Shown here piece after piece: positions 29,233 through 37,127 of a DNA stretch of 64,000 nt. The stretch lies in sequence record NC_105514.1; one strand, 5' to 3'. How positions within the stretch are numbered: position 1 is the first letter of the stretch; the number at the start of each line of letters is the position of its first letter. The position numbers were made by a program, and so were the translations under genes. A model generated the notes under the pieces. The model saw only the letters and a list, made by a program, of their open reading frames with translations, did no database searches and was not told the DNA's origin. Origin of the DNA: Escherichia phage JLBYU40.

Positions 29233-29427
29233 TTAATAAAGTTTAGTCACTTCATAAACTATACTACGAGATTCTTTATTTCGTTCTATTAAATTAGTAT
29301 ATGCTTTTTCAGCTTCATTTTTAGTATTAAAGTCTATAACGTGGGAGGTATTCGCTCTATTTGATTGACTATACCAGATAACTACTAACAGTTTAAACAT
29401 AATAGTCCTTAAATTGGTGCTGGGCAC
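29233..29427 (-). CDS. hypothetical protein (start uncertain)
   Basis: 64 aa ORF; listed start overlaps a tRNA 3' end, so the internal Met near 29400 is more likely. Confidence 0.3.
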   Translation of the reverse strand: MPSTNLRTIMFKLLVVIWYSQSNRANTSHVIDFNTKNEAEKAYTNLIERNKESRSIVYEVTKLY

Positions 29428-29501
29428 AGGATTCGAACCTGCAGCGGGATTACTCCTCCTGATTACAAATCAGGTGCATTCAACCATTCTGCCAACCCAG
29501 C
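29415..29501 (-). tRNA. type II tRNA, anticodon unresolved (canonical register TGT)
   Basis: perfect acceptor, GGTTCGAATCC T-arm, CCA, ~15-nt variable arm; anticodon stem CCTGA/TCAGG with loop TTTGTAA. Confidence 0.45.
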
Positions 29502-29666
29502 AGAACCCGTTATTTCAACGGGATTTCTTTTTCAATAACAGGAGACTTATCAGTCATAACTGCCATTGCCATTTGTTGTAGAAATTCAAAGGTGAAGGCT
29601 ACACGTTCTTCACCAATCTCTACTTCTACACGTTTCTTTTGTTTGTCGATCTTGACTTTTAGGTTA

Positions 29667-29918
29667 TCAGCCATTAGATAGTACAGTACTGGTAGTTGGC
29701 AATACTACAGATGAAGCAACAGTATTTAAATGCTTTCTCCAGTCTAGGTTAAATTGTTTTCGAAACTCTTCATAAGGTTCTTCTGGATAAAAGCTAAAAC
29801 CTCCTTTCTCATCATTCAGGATAACAGTGCCGTCAGTTTGTTCGTATGCTCGGTATGTTTCTCCAATAACAATAACTCGTTTATCAGTACTTTTATTACG
29901 GAACTCAAAAACGTGCAT
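29667..29918 (-). CDS. hypothetical protein
   Basis: 83 aa ORF. Confidence 0.4.
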   Translation of the reverse strand: MHVFEFRNKSTDKRVIVIGETYRAYEQTDGTVILNDEKGGFSFYPEEPYEEFRKQFNLDWRKHLNTVASSVVLPTTSTVLSNG

Positions 29919-29934
29919 AACGTTTCCTTAAAGT

Positions 29935-30010
29935 TGGAGCGGCTAGAGGGAATCGAACCCTACTCAGCGAGGCTTGGAAGGCCTGCGGCACAACCCGTAT
30001 GCTTAACCGC
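29935..30010 (-). tRNA. tRNA-Gly (TCC)
   Basis: acceptor GCGGTTA/TAGCCGC, T-arm GGTTCGATTCC, CCA, anticodon loop CTTCCAA. Confidence 0.55.
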
Positions 30011-30018
30011 TTATTATT

Positions 30019-30094
30019 TGGCTGGAGAAGGAGGAATCGAACCTACCATTAACGGAGTCAAAGGCCGTTGTGCTAACCGTTACACTACTCTCCA
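30019..30094 (-). tRNA. tRNA-Gln (TTG)
   Basis: U1-A72 acceptor, anticodon loop CTTTGAC, CCA. Confidence 0.55.
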
Positions 30095-30100
30095 ATTATT

Positions 30101-30176
30101 TGGCTGGGATGCCACGGATCGAACGTGGAACCTTCGGAGTCAGAGGCCGACGATCTGCCAATTGATCTACATCCCA
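30101..30176 (-). tRNA. tRNA-Gln (CTG)
   Basis: U1-A72 acceptor, anticodon loop CTCTGAC, CCA; close paralog of the previous tRNA. Confidence 0.55.
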
Positions 30177-30188
30177 ATAATTTTTATT

Positions 30189-30383
30189 CTACGGAAAAAT
30201 TGTTGTTGGCTCAGATTCTTCCAAACGTTTGCCTTCATGATCTACTCGAATAACTCCGCATCCCTCGCAAATCACAACAGCACCGTAGCCTTCTTTAACT
30301 TCAGCTTCTGTAATCAAACCAGAAAGATCACCAGTATCTCTGCCCCACATATCAATGGAGCATTGTTTGCAGAAATCAGCCAT
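30189..30383 (-). CDS. hypothetical Cys-containing small protein
   Basis: 64 aa ORF. Confidence 0.4.
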   Translation of the reverse strand: MADFCKQCSIDMWGRDTGDLSGLITEAEVKEGYGAVVICEGCGVIRVDHEGKRLEESEPTTIFP

Positions 30384-30408
30384 ATTTTATTTCCTATTTA
30401 AGTTAATT

Positions 30409-30485
30409 TGGGGTGGCTAGTGGAATTCGAATCCACATAGGCCTGATTCACAATCAGGATCATTAACCAATTATGATATAGCCAC
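30409..30485 (-). tRNA. tRNA-His (GTG)
   Basis: perfect acceptor, D, anticodon (loop TTGTGAA) and T stems; discriminator C; CCA. Confidence 0.65.
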
Positions 30486-30853
30486 AATTGAAAACTCGCA
30501 GGGTTAGCGAAACCATCCTCAATTAGCATGTTCTAGAATACTAATCAAGTTATCTCCTATTGCACGCAGCTCAAGACGAGTACGAATTTTCAATTGTGGC
30601 GGCTCTCCGAAACTCTTCTACTCTAGCCTTAGCAGCTTACTCCCGAACGCATGTCGGGAAAGTCTTACTAAGAGCATCAAATAGCACCGTTACACTTTGA
30701 GCCATTGATGTATCAAGGAATAGAAGGACTTGAACCTTCATGAGTTAGACCATTTAACTCAACCGCTTTTAAGGTATATTTCTAGGAGTGGATGTTCCTA
30801 GTAAACCTATTGGGCAGTCCCGTCTACCAATTCCGGCATATTCCAAGAATTAT

Positions 30854-31105
30854 TTAAAACTTATAGCCTTCAGGAACCTTATCTTTAACACCGTCATACT
30901 TAGCCTGAATGTAGTAGTCTGGTACATGATCTTTTGGCAGATTTTTATTAGTATCATGAACCTCAGCTCTAGCTTCTTCTTCAGAATCAAAGCCACGATA
31001 CCAGATTTCACCGCCCCACCCACGTTCACTTTCAGTATACTTAACAATATGTTTCATAAGGTTTTCCTTATAAGTTGGAGGAAGGTAATGGAGTCGAACC
31101 ATCAC
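30854..31105 (-). CDS. hypothetical protein
   Basis: 83 aa ORF between tRNA blocks. Confidence 0.45.
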   Translation of the reverse strand: MMVRLHYLPPTYKENLMKHIVKYTESERGWGGEIWYRGFDSEEEARAEVHDTNKNLPKDHVPDYYIQAKYDGVKDKVPEGYKF

Positions 31106-31165
31106 CGTATCACTACAGCGGGCTAGTTTTCAAGACTAGTTGCGTACCACTACGCCCTACCTTCC
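31076..31165 (-). tRNA. tRNA-Ser (TGA), type II
   Basis: acceptor GGAAGGT/ACCTTCC, anticodon loop CTTGAAA, long variable arm, CCA. Confidence 0.55.
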
Positions 31166-31172
31166 ATTTGTT

Positions 31173-31263
31173 TGGCGGAAGAGGAGAGATTTGAACTCTC
31201 AAGCCGTTTTACCAGTCAGCCACTTTCCAAGCGGTTTTCGTCGCCAATTCGATTTGCTCTTCC
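31173..31263 (-). tRNA. tRNA-Ser (GGA), type II
   Basis: perfect acceptor, T-arm GAGAG-TTCAAAT-CTCTC, CCA, long variable arm; 4-bp anticodon stem with one G-U, loop TTGGAAA. Confidence 0.45.
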
Positions 31264-31299
31264 AATAATAAGATGATGCCTCTATCACACCAGGCAGTT

Positions 31300-31372
31300 A
31301 CGCCTCGCTGGGATTCGAACCCATTAAAACAGCTCAACCGAGATAGTAGGTTTAGTTTACTCTGACCATCAA
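31300..31372 (-). other. tRNA-like element (T-arm only)
   Basis: canonical T-arm (rc of CTGGGATTCGAACCC) in a slot between two tRNAs, but no complementary acceptor or anticodon stem found. Confidence 0.2.
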
Positions 31373-31375
31373 ATT

Positions 31376-31452
31376 TGGTGCGTGACAAGGGATTCGAACC
31401 CTCAAAACCCGACTTCTAAGGACGGTATGTATGCCAATTCCATCAATCACGC
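31376..31452 (-). tRNA. tRNA (anticodon TAG, Leu-type; short variable loop)
   Basis: good acceptor, T-arm, CCA; anticodon stem has one U-U mismatch, loop CTTAGAA. Confidence 0.4.
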
Positions 31453-31457
31453 GTATT

Positions 31458-31531
31458 TGGTGGAGAAAGAGGGAGTTGAACCCTCGTCTTCTGCGTGCAA
31501 AGCAGATGTTCTACCATTAAACTATATCCCC
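31458..31531 (-). tRNA. tRNA-Ala (TGC)
   Basis: G3-U70 pair in acceptor, anticodon stem TCTGC/GCAGA, loop TTTGCAC, CCA. Confidence 0.6.
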
Positions 31532-31769
31532 AAATTCTTTAGTTTACTAAGGCTATTAGCTCGGCGTAACTACAGCACCTTCGCTTCGAGCGGAAGTAAC
31601 CGCGTCATCTCGCAAACCCGATACACTATTCAGTTGCCGCTGAATCTAGTGGACTAATCTAGAACCTCTCCCAAATCGTAGGGATCGTGCTTTTTGGCAG
31701 CCAGTCCTAGGTCGAGCTAATACCTTAGTGAACTATGATGAGGATTTCTCCTCATCAATTTATATAAAT

Positions 31770-31798
31770 ATTATAACAAGAAATTAAGCATCAAGCAA
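31770..31798 (-). promoter_or_regulatory. early promoter driving a noncoding leader plus tRNA block
   Basis: -35 TTGCTT, 17-bp spacer, -10 TATAAT; about 200 nt without a plausible ORF before tRNA-Ala. Confidence 0.5.
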
Positions 31799-31816
31799 AT
31801 GAGTTTTTCTTGAAAT

Positions 31817-31895
31817 TGGTAGATCGCCTGGGACTCGAACCCAGAACCTTCCGATTAAAAGTCGGATGCTACTAAACCTATTGAGCTAGCGATCT
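31817..31895 (-). tRNA. tRNA-Lys (TTT)
   Basis: perfect acceptor, anticodon stem TCCGA/TCGGA, loop CTTTTAA, CCA. Confidence 0.6.
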
Positions 31896-32084
31896 ATTAA
31901 TAACTATTGTATACTTCTTTAATAGAGTGAACTTTCAAGTAAGGGTGATTAGTACTAAACTCTATCATTACTTCATCCCAATTTTTACCATAATGAGCAA
32001 GTAAGGATTTTGATGTATTCTTACCTAAACGTTTGTCACTTACTACTAATCGAAATACTTTCATTTCGAAATCCTCTATTAAAG

Positions 32085-32162
32085 TGGAAGCGGGTGCAGG
32101 AATCGAACCTACCTCTTTCTAGCTTATGAGACTAGCGATCTCTACCAGAGATCTAACCCGCA
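32085..32162 (-). tRNA. tRNA (anticodon CAT; Met, fMet or Ile2)
   Basis: unpaired 1-72 (U-U), D-stem GATC/GATC, anticodon loop CTCATAA, CCA. Confidence 0.45.
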
Positions 32163-32168
32163 ATTGTT

Positions 32169-32246
32169 TGGTCTCCGTGGGAGGATTTGAACCCCCGACC
32201 CTATCGCCCCAAACGAAACGCTCTGGCCAAACTGAGCTACACGGAG
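32169..32246 (-). tRNA. tRNA-Pro (TGG)
   Basis: perfect acceptor, D-arm GCTC/GAGC, anticodon loop TTTGGGG (stem with one U-U), CCA. Confidence 0.5.
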
Positions 32247-32619
32247 AATATTATTTCTTTAACCACAGCAAAGATAAGCCCAGCATACTAAAACCGCTAA
32301 CTAATCCGATACATTTTTCTTCTATAGTAAAAGTATCTAGATTAAATGCTGTTATAGCTATTGGCATACACCATAATGCCATAAAAACTTGAGATATCTT
32401 GTGTTTCATTTTGCTTTCCTTCTCTTCACTTTATAAAATATATTATACAGATAATAAAGCAGAATAGCAAATGAATTTTTAATAAATTTACTTATTGTGT
32501 AGGCCACCTGGAGGCTACCAACCCCACGGCTGACAAAGAAGTTTGCGAGACCTCTCTTAAATGCCAGAATAGACCCGCCGGTCTATCGGAACCTACATAA
32601 TAAGTAAACTTTATAGTGT

Positions 32620-32740
32620 CATTCTAGACAGGACTCGAACCTGTTATCACTTGTGCGGACTTACGAGAACCATTCTTTCACTCGAATCGAACGAGCTTCT
32701 GCCCCCGCCAAGCTGGTTTCCCCATCAACCACGCTAGAAT
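32620..32740 (-). other. oversized tRNA-like element (~120 nt)
   Basis: canonical T-arm (rc of ACAGGACTCGAACCTGT) but the only complementary acceptor partner lies ~115 nt away; no CCA. Confidence 0.2.
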
Positions 32741-32862
32741 GTTTGATTGTTTTCAGTGCAAGAGTCCGAGTCTTGGACACGACCGCTTCGCAAGTACATA
32801 GGCGGCTTATCATGAGTCAGCACTTCCGAATTGCTAGCTTCGTGTTCTGCACTGAAATTTTG

Positions 32863-33210
32863 TTAATTTAATAGTAAAGTACGATCTACTTCACCATTAA
32901 TTGTTCGGCATTCTTCTGGGATTGCTGGTGTAGTCTTATATTCCCACCATTCAGAACCATCATATTCACCACGTTCTAACCAAGTTCCATCGGTAAACCA
33001 TACGTTACCATAAAGCAATTGTCCGCCGAAACCAGAATCATATTTAAAGTCTAGATTATCTAGAAAATCTTCAATATCTTTTTCTGTATAACCTACGGGT
33101 AATACCCAAACTTCTTTATCCCCATAATAACCGAATTCTATCTTAATACACTTAACTTCAGAATTAGTATTCTTTAGGGCAAGTAACAATTCTTCTTTAG
33201 CATTAATCAT
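32863..33210 (-). CDS. hypothetical acidic protein
   Basis: 115 aa ORF. Confidence 0.45.
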   Translation of the reverse strand: MINAKEELLLALKNTNSEVKCIKIEFGYYGDKEVWVLPVGYTEKDIEDFLDNLDFKYDSGFGGQLLYGNVWFTDGTWLERGEYDGSEWWEYKTTPAIPEECRTINGEVDRTLLLN

Positions 33211-33236
33211 AGCGTATTTCTCGTGCTAGTTTAGTT

Positions 33237-33313
33237 TGGCGCGACCGATGGGATTCGAACCCACATTCTCTCCCGTGACAGGGGAGTACCATTACCAAGC
33301 CAGCCCCGGTCGC
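33237..33313 (-). tRNA. tRNA-Asp (GTC)
   Basis: perfect acceptor, anticodon stem CTCCC/GGGAG, loop CTGTCAC, CCA. Confidence 0.65.
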
Positions 33314-33322
33314 ATAATTCAT

Positions 33323-33508
33323 TTACTCAGCTTTGAGTTTTTCAATAGCTGCATTAAGTTCCTTAAGAAACTCTTTTCGTACATTAAGACGATTAAGACT
33401 TACTAGTATATCATGTTTAAGTTCTTCGATGTATTTCTTCTCAACTTCAATATTGTTGATAGTGCTATCACGATGAACTTCTAGCTGTGCAATTACGTTC
33501 TTGGACAT
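33323..33508 (-). CDS. hypothetical coiled-coil protein
   Basis: 61 aa ORF. Confidence 0.35.
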   Translation of the reverse strand: MSKNVIAQLEVHRDSTINNIEVEKKYIEELKHDILVSLNRLNVRKEFLKELNAAIEKLKAE

Positions 33509-33610
33509 GCTTGTTTCCTCAGTTATTAATGAAAATGGTATCTGTGGCTGAATTCGATGTCAGCAATGATAGCTGGTTGGCTACCGGTTTACTTAACTCT
33601 ACACAGAATT

Positions 33611-33688
33611 TGGCGGTTCCTGCTGGATTCGAACCAGCAACCCTCAACTTAACAAGATGCCGCTCTAACCAATTAGAGCTAAGGAACC
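33611..33688 (-). tRNA. tRNA-Asn (GTT)
   Basis: perfect acceptor and T-arm, CCA; anticodon loop TTGTTAA but stem has two mismatches. Confidence 0.45.
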
Positions 33689-34183
33689 ATATAAGTCAGA
33701 ACTAGAGTTAATACGTTCTAGATATTTACTAAGATCTCTAGAATTTATACTAAACCACTCATGTTCTTTTAAATCTTTGAAATACTGGTGAATTAGTTTT
33801 TCACCTTTTCGTTTGTCAAACCAAAAAGACCAATGCTCTAACTTATAATCCCTATAAGGGGAATAAGTCTGATATTGAGCTAATCTCTCTTTTGGATTTT
33901 GACTCATACCTATTTTATACTGATTTTTCCATGCAGGATTACTAATACAGTATACAAAACCTTCAGAAATAGGAAGTTTATTTTCCTGCTTAAACTTTAT
34001 AAAGGAAAGTGCAGCAAGTTTTCTCGAATACATAGTATTTGTATTCTTTTTGGTATTACCATTGGTTCCTGAAAGATTTATATATTCTTCCATAAATCTT
34101 TGGATTAGTTCTGCGGTTATATAGAAGGGCTCATTAGTAACAATACCTTTCTTTACCAAACTATCAAAAACTCTTGTATGCAC
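33665..34183 (-). CDS. T5orf172-domain (GIY-YIG-like) protein
   Basis: 172 aa; GFVYCISNP...YKIGMSQNPKERLAQY resembles the T5orf172 motif; 3' end overlaps tRNA-Asn by ~24 nt. Confidence 0.55.
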   Translation of the reverse strand: MHTRVFDSLVKKGIVTNEPFYITAELIQRFMEEYINLSGTNGNTKKNTNTMYSRKLAALSFIKFKQENKLPISEGFVYCISNPAWKNQYKIGMSQNPKERLAQYQTYSPYRDYKLEHWSFWFDKRKGEKLIHQYFKDLKEHEWFSINSRDLSKYLERINSSSDLYGSLALIG

Positions 34184-34204
34184 TACTTCTTTCCTTTAGT
34201 AATT

Positions 34205-34280
34205 TGGACGACCGCATGAGATTTGAACTCACATAAAAAGGATTTGCAATCCTTCGCCTAAGCCATTCAGCCAACGGTCG
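34205..34280 (-). tRNA. tRNA-Cys (GCA)
   Basis: acceptor with terminal G-U, anticodon stem AAGGA/TCCTT, loop TTGCAAA, CCA. Confidence 0.55.
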
Positions 34281-34357
34281 GTTTATCTTGTTCTGTCATG
34301 TTGCTTCTCCAGTTCAATTTATGTAATTATTATACAGAACTTTTGGAAACTAAGCAA

Positions 34358-34627
34358 CTACATTTTTAAGAATTTGATGCCTTTCTTTTTCTTCTTATAT
34401 TTCCACGTTAATGGATTCTGCCGATTGTGAACGCTTGAGATCTTCGTCTCGTCAAAGTTCTTCAATATCATGTAATCACAAGATAATTGTTCTAATGGAA
34501 TGTGATCACCGTCAAAAGCATATACATAAGGCTGTTGACTAACACGATAATGATAGACTTTGTTAATTCTACGTTTTAGCGACTTATCAGCGCAGTAAAT
34601 AAAGAAGTTTTCAGGATGCATCAGCAT
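34358..34627 (-). CDS. hypothetical basic protein
   Basis: 89 aa ORF. Confidence 0.4.
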   Translation of the reverse strand: MLMHPENFFIYCADKSLKRRINKVYHYRVSQQPYVYAFDGDHIPLEQLSCDYMILKNFDETKISSVHNRQNPLTWKYKKKKKGIKFLKM

Positions 34628-34638
34628 CTCCTTCGATT

Positions 34639-34713
34639 TGGTGCACCCTGTTCGTATCGAACGAACCTCTCAAGCTCTTCAGGCAAGCGCTAATCCATCT
34701 CAGCTAAAGGTGC
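34639..34713 (-). tRNA. tRNA, probably Phe (GAA)
   Basis: good acceptor, T-arm, CCA; anticodon loop CTGAAGA but stem has two U-U mismatches. Confidence 0.4.
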
Positions 34714-34719
34714 AAATTT

Positions 34720-34796
34720 TGGCAAACCTACTAGGACTCGAACCTAGACCGTACGGTTTTGGAGACCGACATGCTGTCCAGTAACACTCTAGGAAT
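34720..34796 (-). tRNA. tRNA-Trp (CCA)
   Basis: anticodon arm CGGTCTCCAAAACCG as in bacterial tRNA-Trp; perfect T-arm; acceptor has two U-U mismatches; CCA. Confidence 0.5.
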
Positions 34797-34804
34797 GCAG
34801 AAAT

Positions 34805-34881
34805 TGGCGTCCTGTGCGGGGATCGAACCCGCAAATCCTACCTTGAAAGGGTAGTGACTTTACCAGTTTGTCTAACAGGAC
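34805..34881 (-). tRNA. tRNA-Glu (TTC)
   Basis: perfect acceptor, anticodon stem CTACC/GGTAG, loop CTTTCAA, CCA. Confidence 0.65.
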
Positions 34882-34888
34882 TTAAATT

Positions 34889-34979
34889 TGGTGTTGGATG
34901 ATGGAGTCGAACCACCCGAGACCCTTCCGAGTCGGCAGATTTACAGTCTGCTTCGCTACCTCTACGATACTAATCCAAC
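34889..34979 (-). tRNA. tRNA-Tyr (GTA), type II
   Basis: anticodon arm GCAGACTGTAAATCTGC, long variable arm, CCA. Confidence 0.65.
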
Positions 34980-35107
34980 ATATTTAAAAGTATTCAAATA
35001 CTAGTTTAAACACTTTTAAATATGTTTCCGAATTAGATAACTATTATATCAAGTTTTAAGGCACTGAGCAAGTCAAATTTTAAAGAACTTGCTCAGTGCT
35101 GTATTAG

Positions 35108-35383
35108 TTAGTCGAACTTAGGAGTGACAGTTAAGGAGAACGGAAGTTCGAAAACTTCTTCGCCCTCATTACTAACGGTAACTACACGACCTTTAAGTTC
35201 AGACATTAAAATATCAATATCAGCTTTTGCATCTGGAGCCATGCCAGCTTCAATACATTTAGCTTTAACTTCCGGTAAAAGCTCTACGTTATAGAGATAG
35301 AGCCACTCAATCTCACCTTCCCAGTCTTCCCAGGATTTGCAGATTGCACTTTCAATACCAGTTGCTACAACACGATTTTGCAT
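35108..35383 (-). CDS. hypothetical acidic protein
   Basis: 91 aa ORF with early promoter upstream. Confidence 0.45.
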   Translation of the reverse strand: MQNRVVATGIESAICKSWEDWEGEIEWLYLYNVELLPEVKAKCIEAGMAPDAKADIDILMSELKGRVVTVSNEGEEVFELPFSLTVTPKFD

Positions 35384-35473
35384 TAATTAACTCCTTCATC
35401 AATTTATATAACTATTATACCAGAAATTTAAAGTAAAAGGCAAGTACATTTTTAAAAATTCTGTTTGGAGGAG

Positions 35474-35680
35474 CTAAACTCCAGATTTTTCGGCCAAGTC
35501 TAGACTAATAAGAGTTATAGCCATAATTGCTGCACCGTGTTCTTTTTCTCCGGTGTTTTTAGCAGAGTCTATAATATCCTTAATCTGTTCGTAATAACTT
35601 TTTACTTCTTGTTCAATGCCTGCCTCGGCTATCATGCCTTTAGCCATGAATCGTTGCATGGTAATTTCAGGATTAGCCAT
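35474..35680 (-). CDS. hypothetical protein
   Basis: 68 aa ORF. Confidence 0.4.
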   Translation of the reverse strand: MANPEITMQRFMAKGMIAEAGIEQEVKSYYEQIKDIIDSAKNTGEKEHGAAIMAITLISLDLAEKSGV

Positions 35681-35855
35681 GTTGTTTCTCCAGTTTCATT
35701 TTTAATAGTTTACAGATGAAATCAACGTCTTCATCTGTGCCTAAGTCTCTATCCTCAAGGGTCGCCTTGAAGTTTTTCGTCAATTCCATGAGGATGACTT
35801 CCCTAGAACGACGTGTTGGCGGAGGTGGATGTCTATACATCTTATTTCCTTAATT

Positions 35856-35932
35856 TGGTAGGGGTGGTGGGATTCGAACCCACAAAACCTGAATTTTAAG
35901 TCCAGTACCTATGCCAATTCGATTACACCCCC
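35856..35932 (-). tRNA. tRNA (anticodon TAA, Leu-type; short variable loop)
   Basis: acceptor GGGGGTG/CACCCCT, anticodon stem CTGGA/TTCAG, loop CTTAAAA, CCA. Confidence 0.45.
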
Positions 35933-36148
35933 GTGTAATTTAGTCAATTACTTTTGAAGCTTCAAGGTAGTCGATATAGTGTACGTTTTCTACCGTAATC
36001 ATATAATCTGCCACTTTATCCATAGCTTGGGCTTCAGAGGTAGCTCTGGCTAACCTATATCCTTTTTTATATTCATCAGAGTATTCTCTATCTTGAATAA
36101 ACACAACATAAACTACGTATAATTCCACTTGTAACCCCCTAATTAAGT

Positions 36149-36226
36149 TGGTGGCTCCCCGAGGATTCGAACCTACGTACCTTCCGGTTATGAGCCGGGT
36201 GCTCATACCATATGAGCTTGAGAACC
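36149..36226 (-). tRNA. tRNA (anticodon CAT; Met, fMet or Ile2)
   Basis: acceptor with two G-U pairs, D-arm GCTC/GAGC, anticodon loop CTCATAA, CCA. Confidence 0.5.
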
Positions 36227-36232
36227 AAAATC

Positions 36233-36321
36233 TGGCGGAAGAAGTGGGAATCGAACCCACAAGGCTATATTTCAAACCGACAGATTAGCAATCTGCTGCA
36301 ATACCGTTATGCTATTCTTCC
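36233..36321 (-). tRNA. tRNA-Ser (GCT), type II
   Basis: perfect acceptor, anticodon stem GCAGA/TCTGT, loop TTGCTAA, long variable arm, CCA. Confidence 0.6.
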
Positions 36322-36342
36322 GAATTTATAAGATATATTATA

Positions 36343-36862
36343 TTAGAAATTTAGCTTCATAGCAAGAAAATTTTTCAAGTTTTCGGTAGACATCTCATCT
36401 ACATCTACAGGAGAAACAAAGCCGTTTAATTTTCTAGCAAATTTTTCACCATCGGGATCATTGTCTCCAACAGCTACCAATTTAAAAGGTAGTAATTTCA
36501 GTTGCTTTAATAACGCTTTTCCTGGAGAAGAACCCAACATTGCTAGGGCTGGATAACCAGCGTTATGTAACGCAACTGCCTTAAATACAGATTCAGCAAT
36601 CAATACTACTTTTTCATCTCCATTGAGAGTTTCTAGTCCCCATACACACTGGGTAGTAGAATAAGTAAAGTATTTAGCTTCAAAGGGGCACTTACCATGA
36701 CCTTTTGGAGCAGAAGGATTATAAGTTTGATAGCCCCTCAACATCCCAGAGAAGTCATACAACGGGACTGTTAGCCATCCTTCTGGACTTAACCAGCAAT
36801 GATATTTATCTGTATCAAATCCCCTAGATAAGAGGTGCTGTGTTAGCTCATCAACATTCATA
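36343..36862 (-). CDS. Toprim-domain protein
   Basis: 173 aa from the Met at 36862 beside an early promoter; IAES...VAVGDNDPDGEKFA resembles the Toprim E + DxD signature. Confidence 0.45.
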
Positions 36863-37036
36863 TTTGGTTCCTCTCTCAAATTTATAGATATATTATACAG
36901 AGAATTTAGCATTCAAGCAATCAAATTTTTTAACTTTTTAGAGGAAAATCATAGGGCGCTTAAGGGTAACAGATAAGTGGTGAGGACCAAAATTTGTGAC
37001 CCCACTAAAAATCCGGGGGCAATTTTTAAAGACCCC

Positions 37037-37065
37037 TTGACATTTTCGCTGGGGTAGTGTAAAGT
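37037..37065 (+). promoter_or_regulatory. sigma70-type promoter of the plus-strand island
   Basis: perfect -35 TTGACA (37037-37042), 17-bp spacer, -10 TAAAGT preceded by TG; unlike the phage early promoter family. Confidence 0.5.
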
Positions 37066-37127
37066 ATATGTTATGGATGAGTGATCAAAGAGACACACAT
37101 TTTCTATATACTAGGAGGTGTCAAAAA

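Noticed and set aside
29754-30401. 215-aa plus-strand ORF
   Set aside because: It runs straight through three minus-strand tRNA genes (Gly, Gln, Gln) and has no RBS; an open frame over tRNA DNA.
31382-31657. 91-aa plus-strand ORF
   Set aside because: Overlaps two tRNA genes on the opposite strand; no RBS.
35940-36275. 111-aa minus-strand ORF
   Set aside because: Entirely overlaps two tRNA genes on the same strand; the protein sequence is low-complexity translation of tRNA DNA.
37068-37127. Upstream extension of the island's first gene (ORF-track start 37068)
   Set aside because: That ATG lies inside the predicted promoter/5' UTR without an RBS; ATG 37128 is preceded by TAGGAGGTG.
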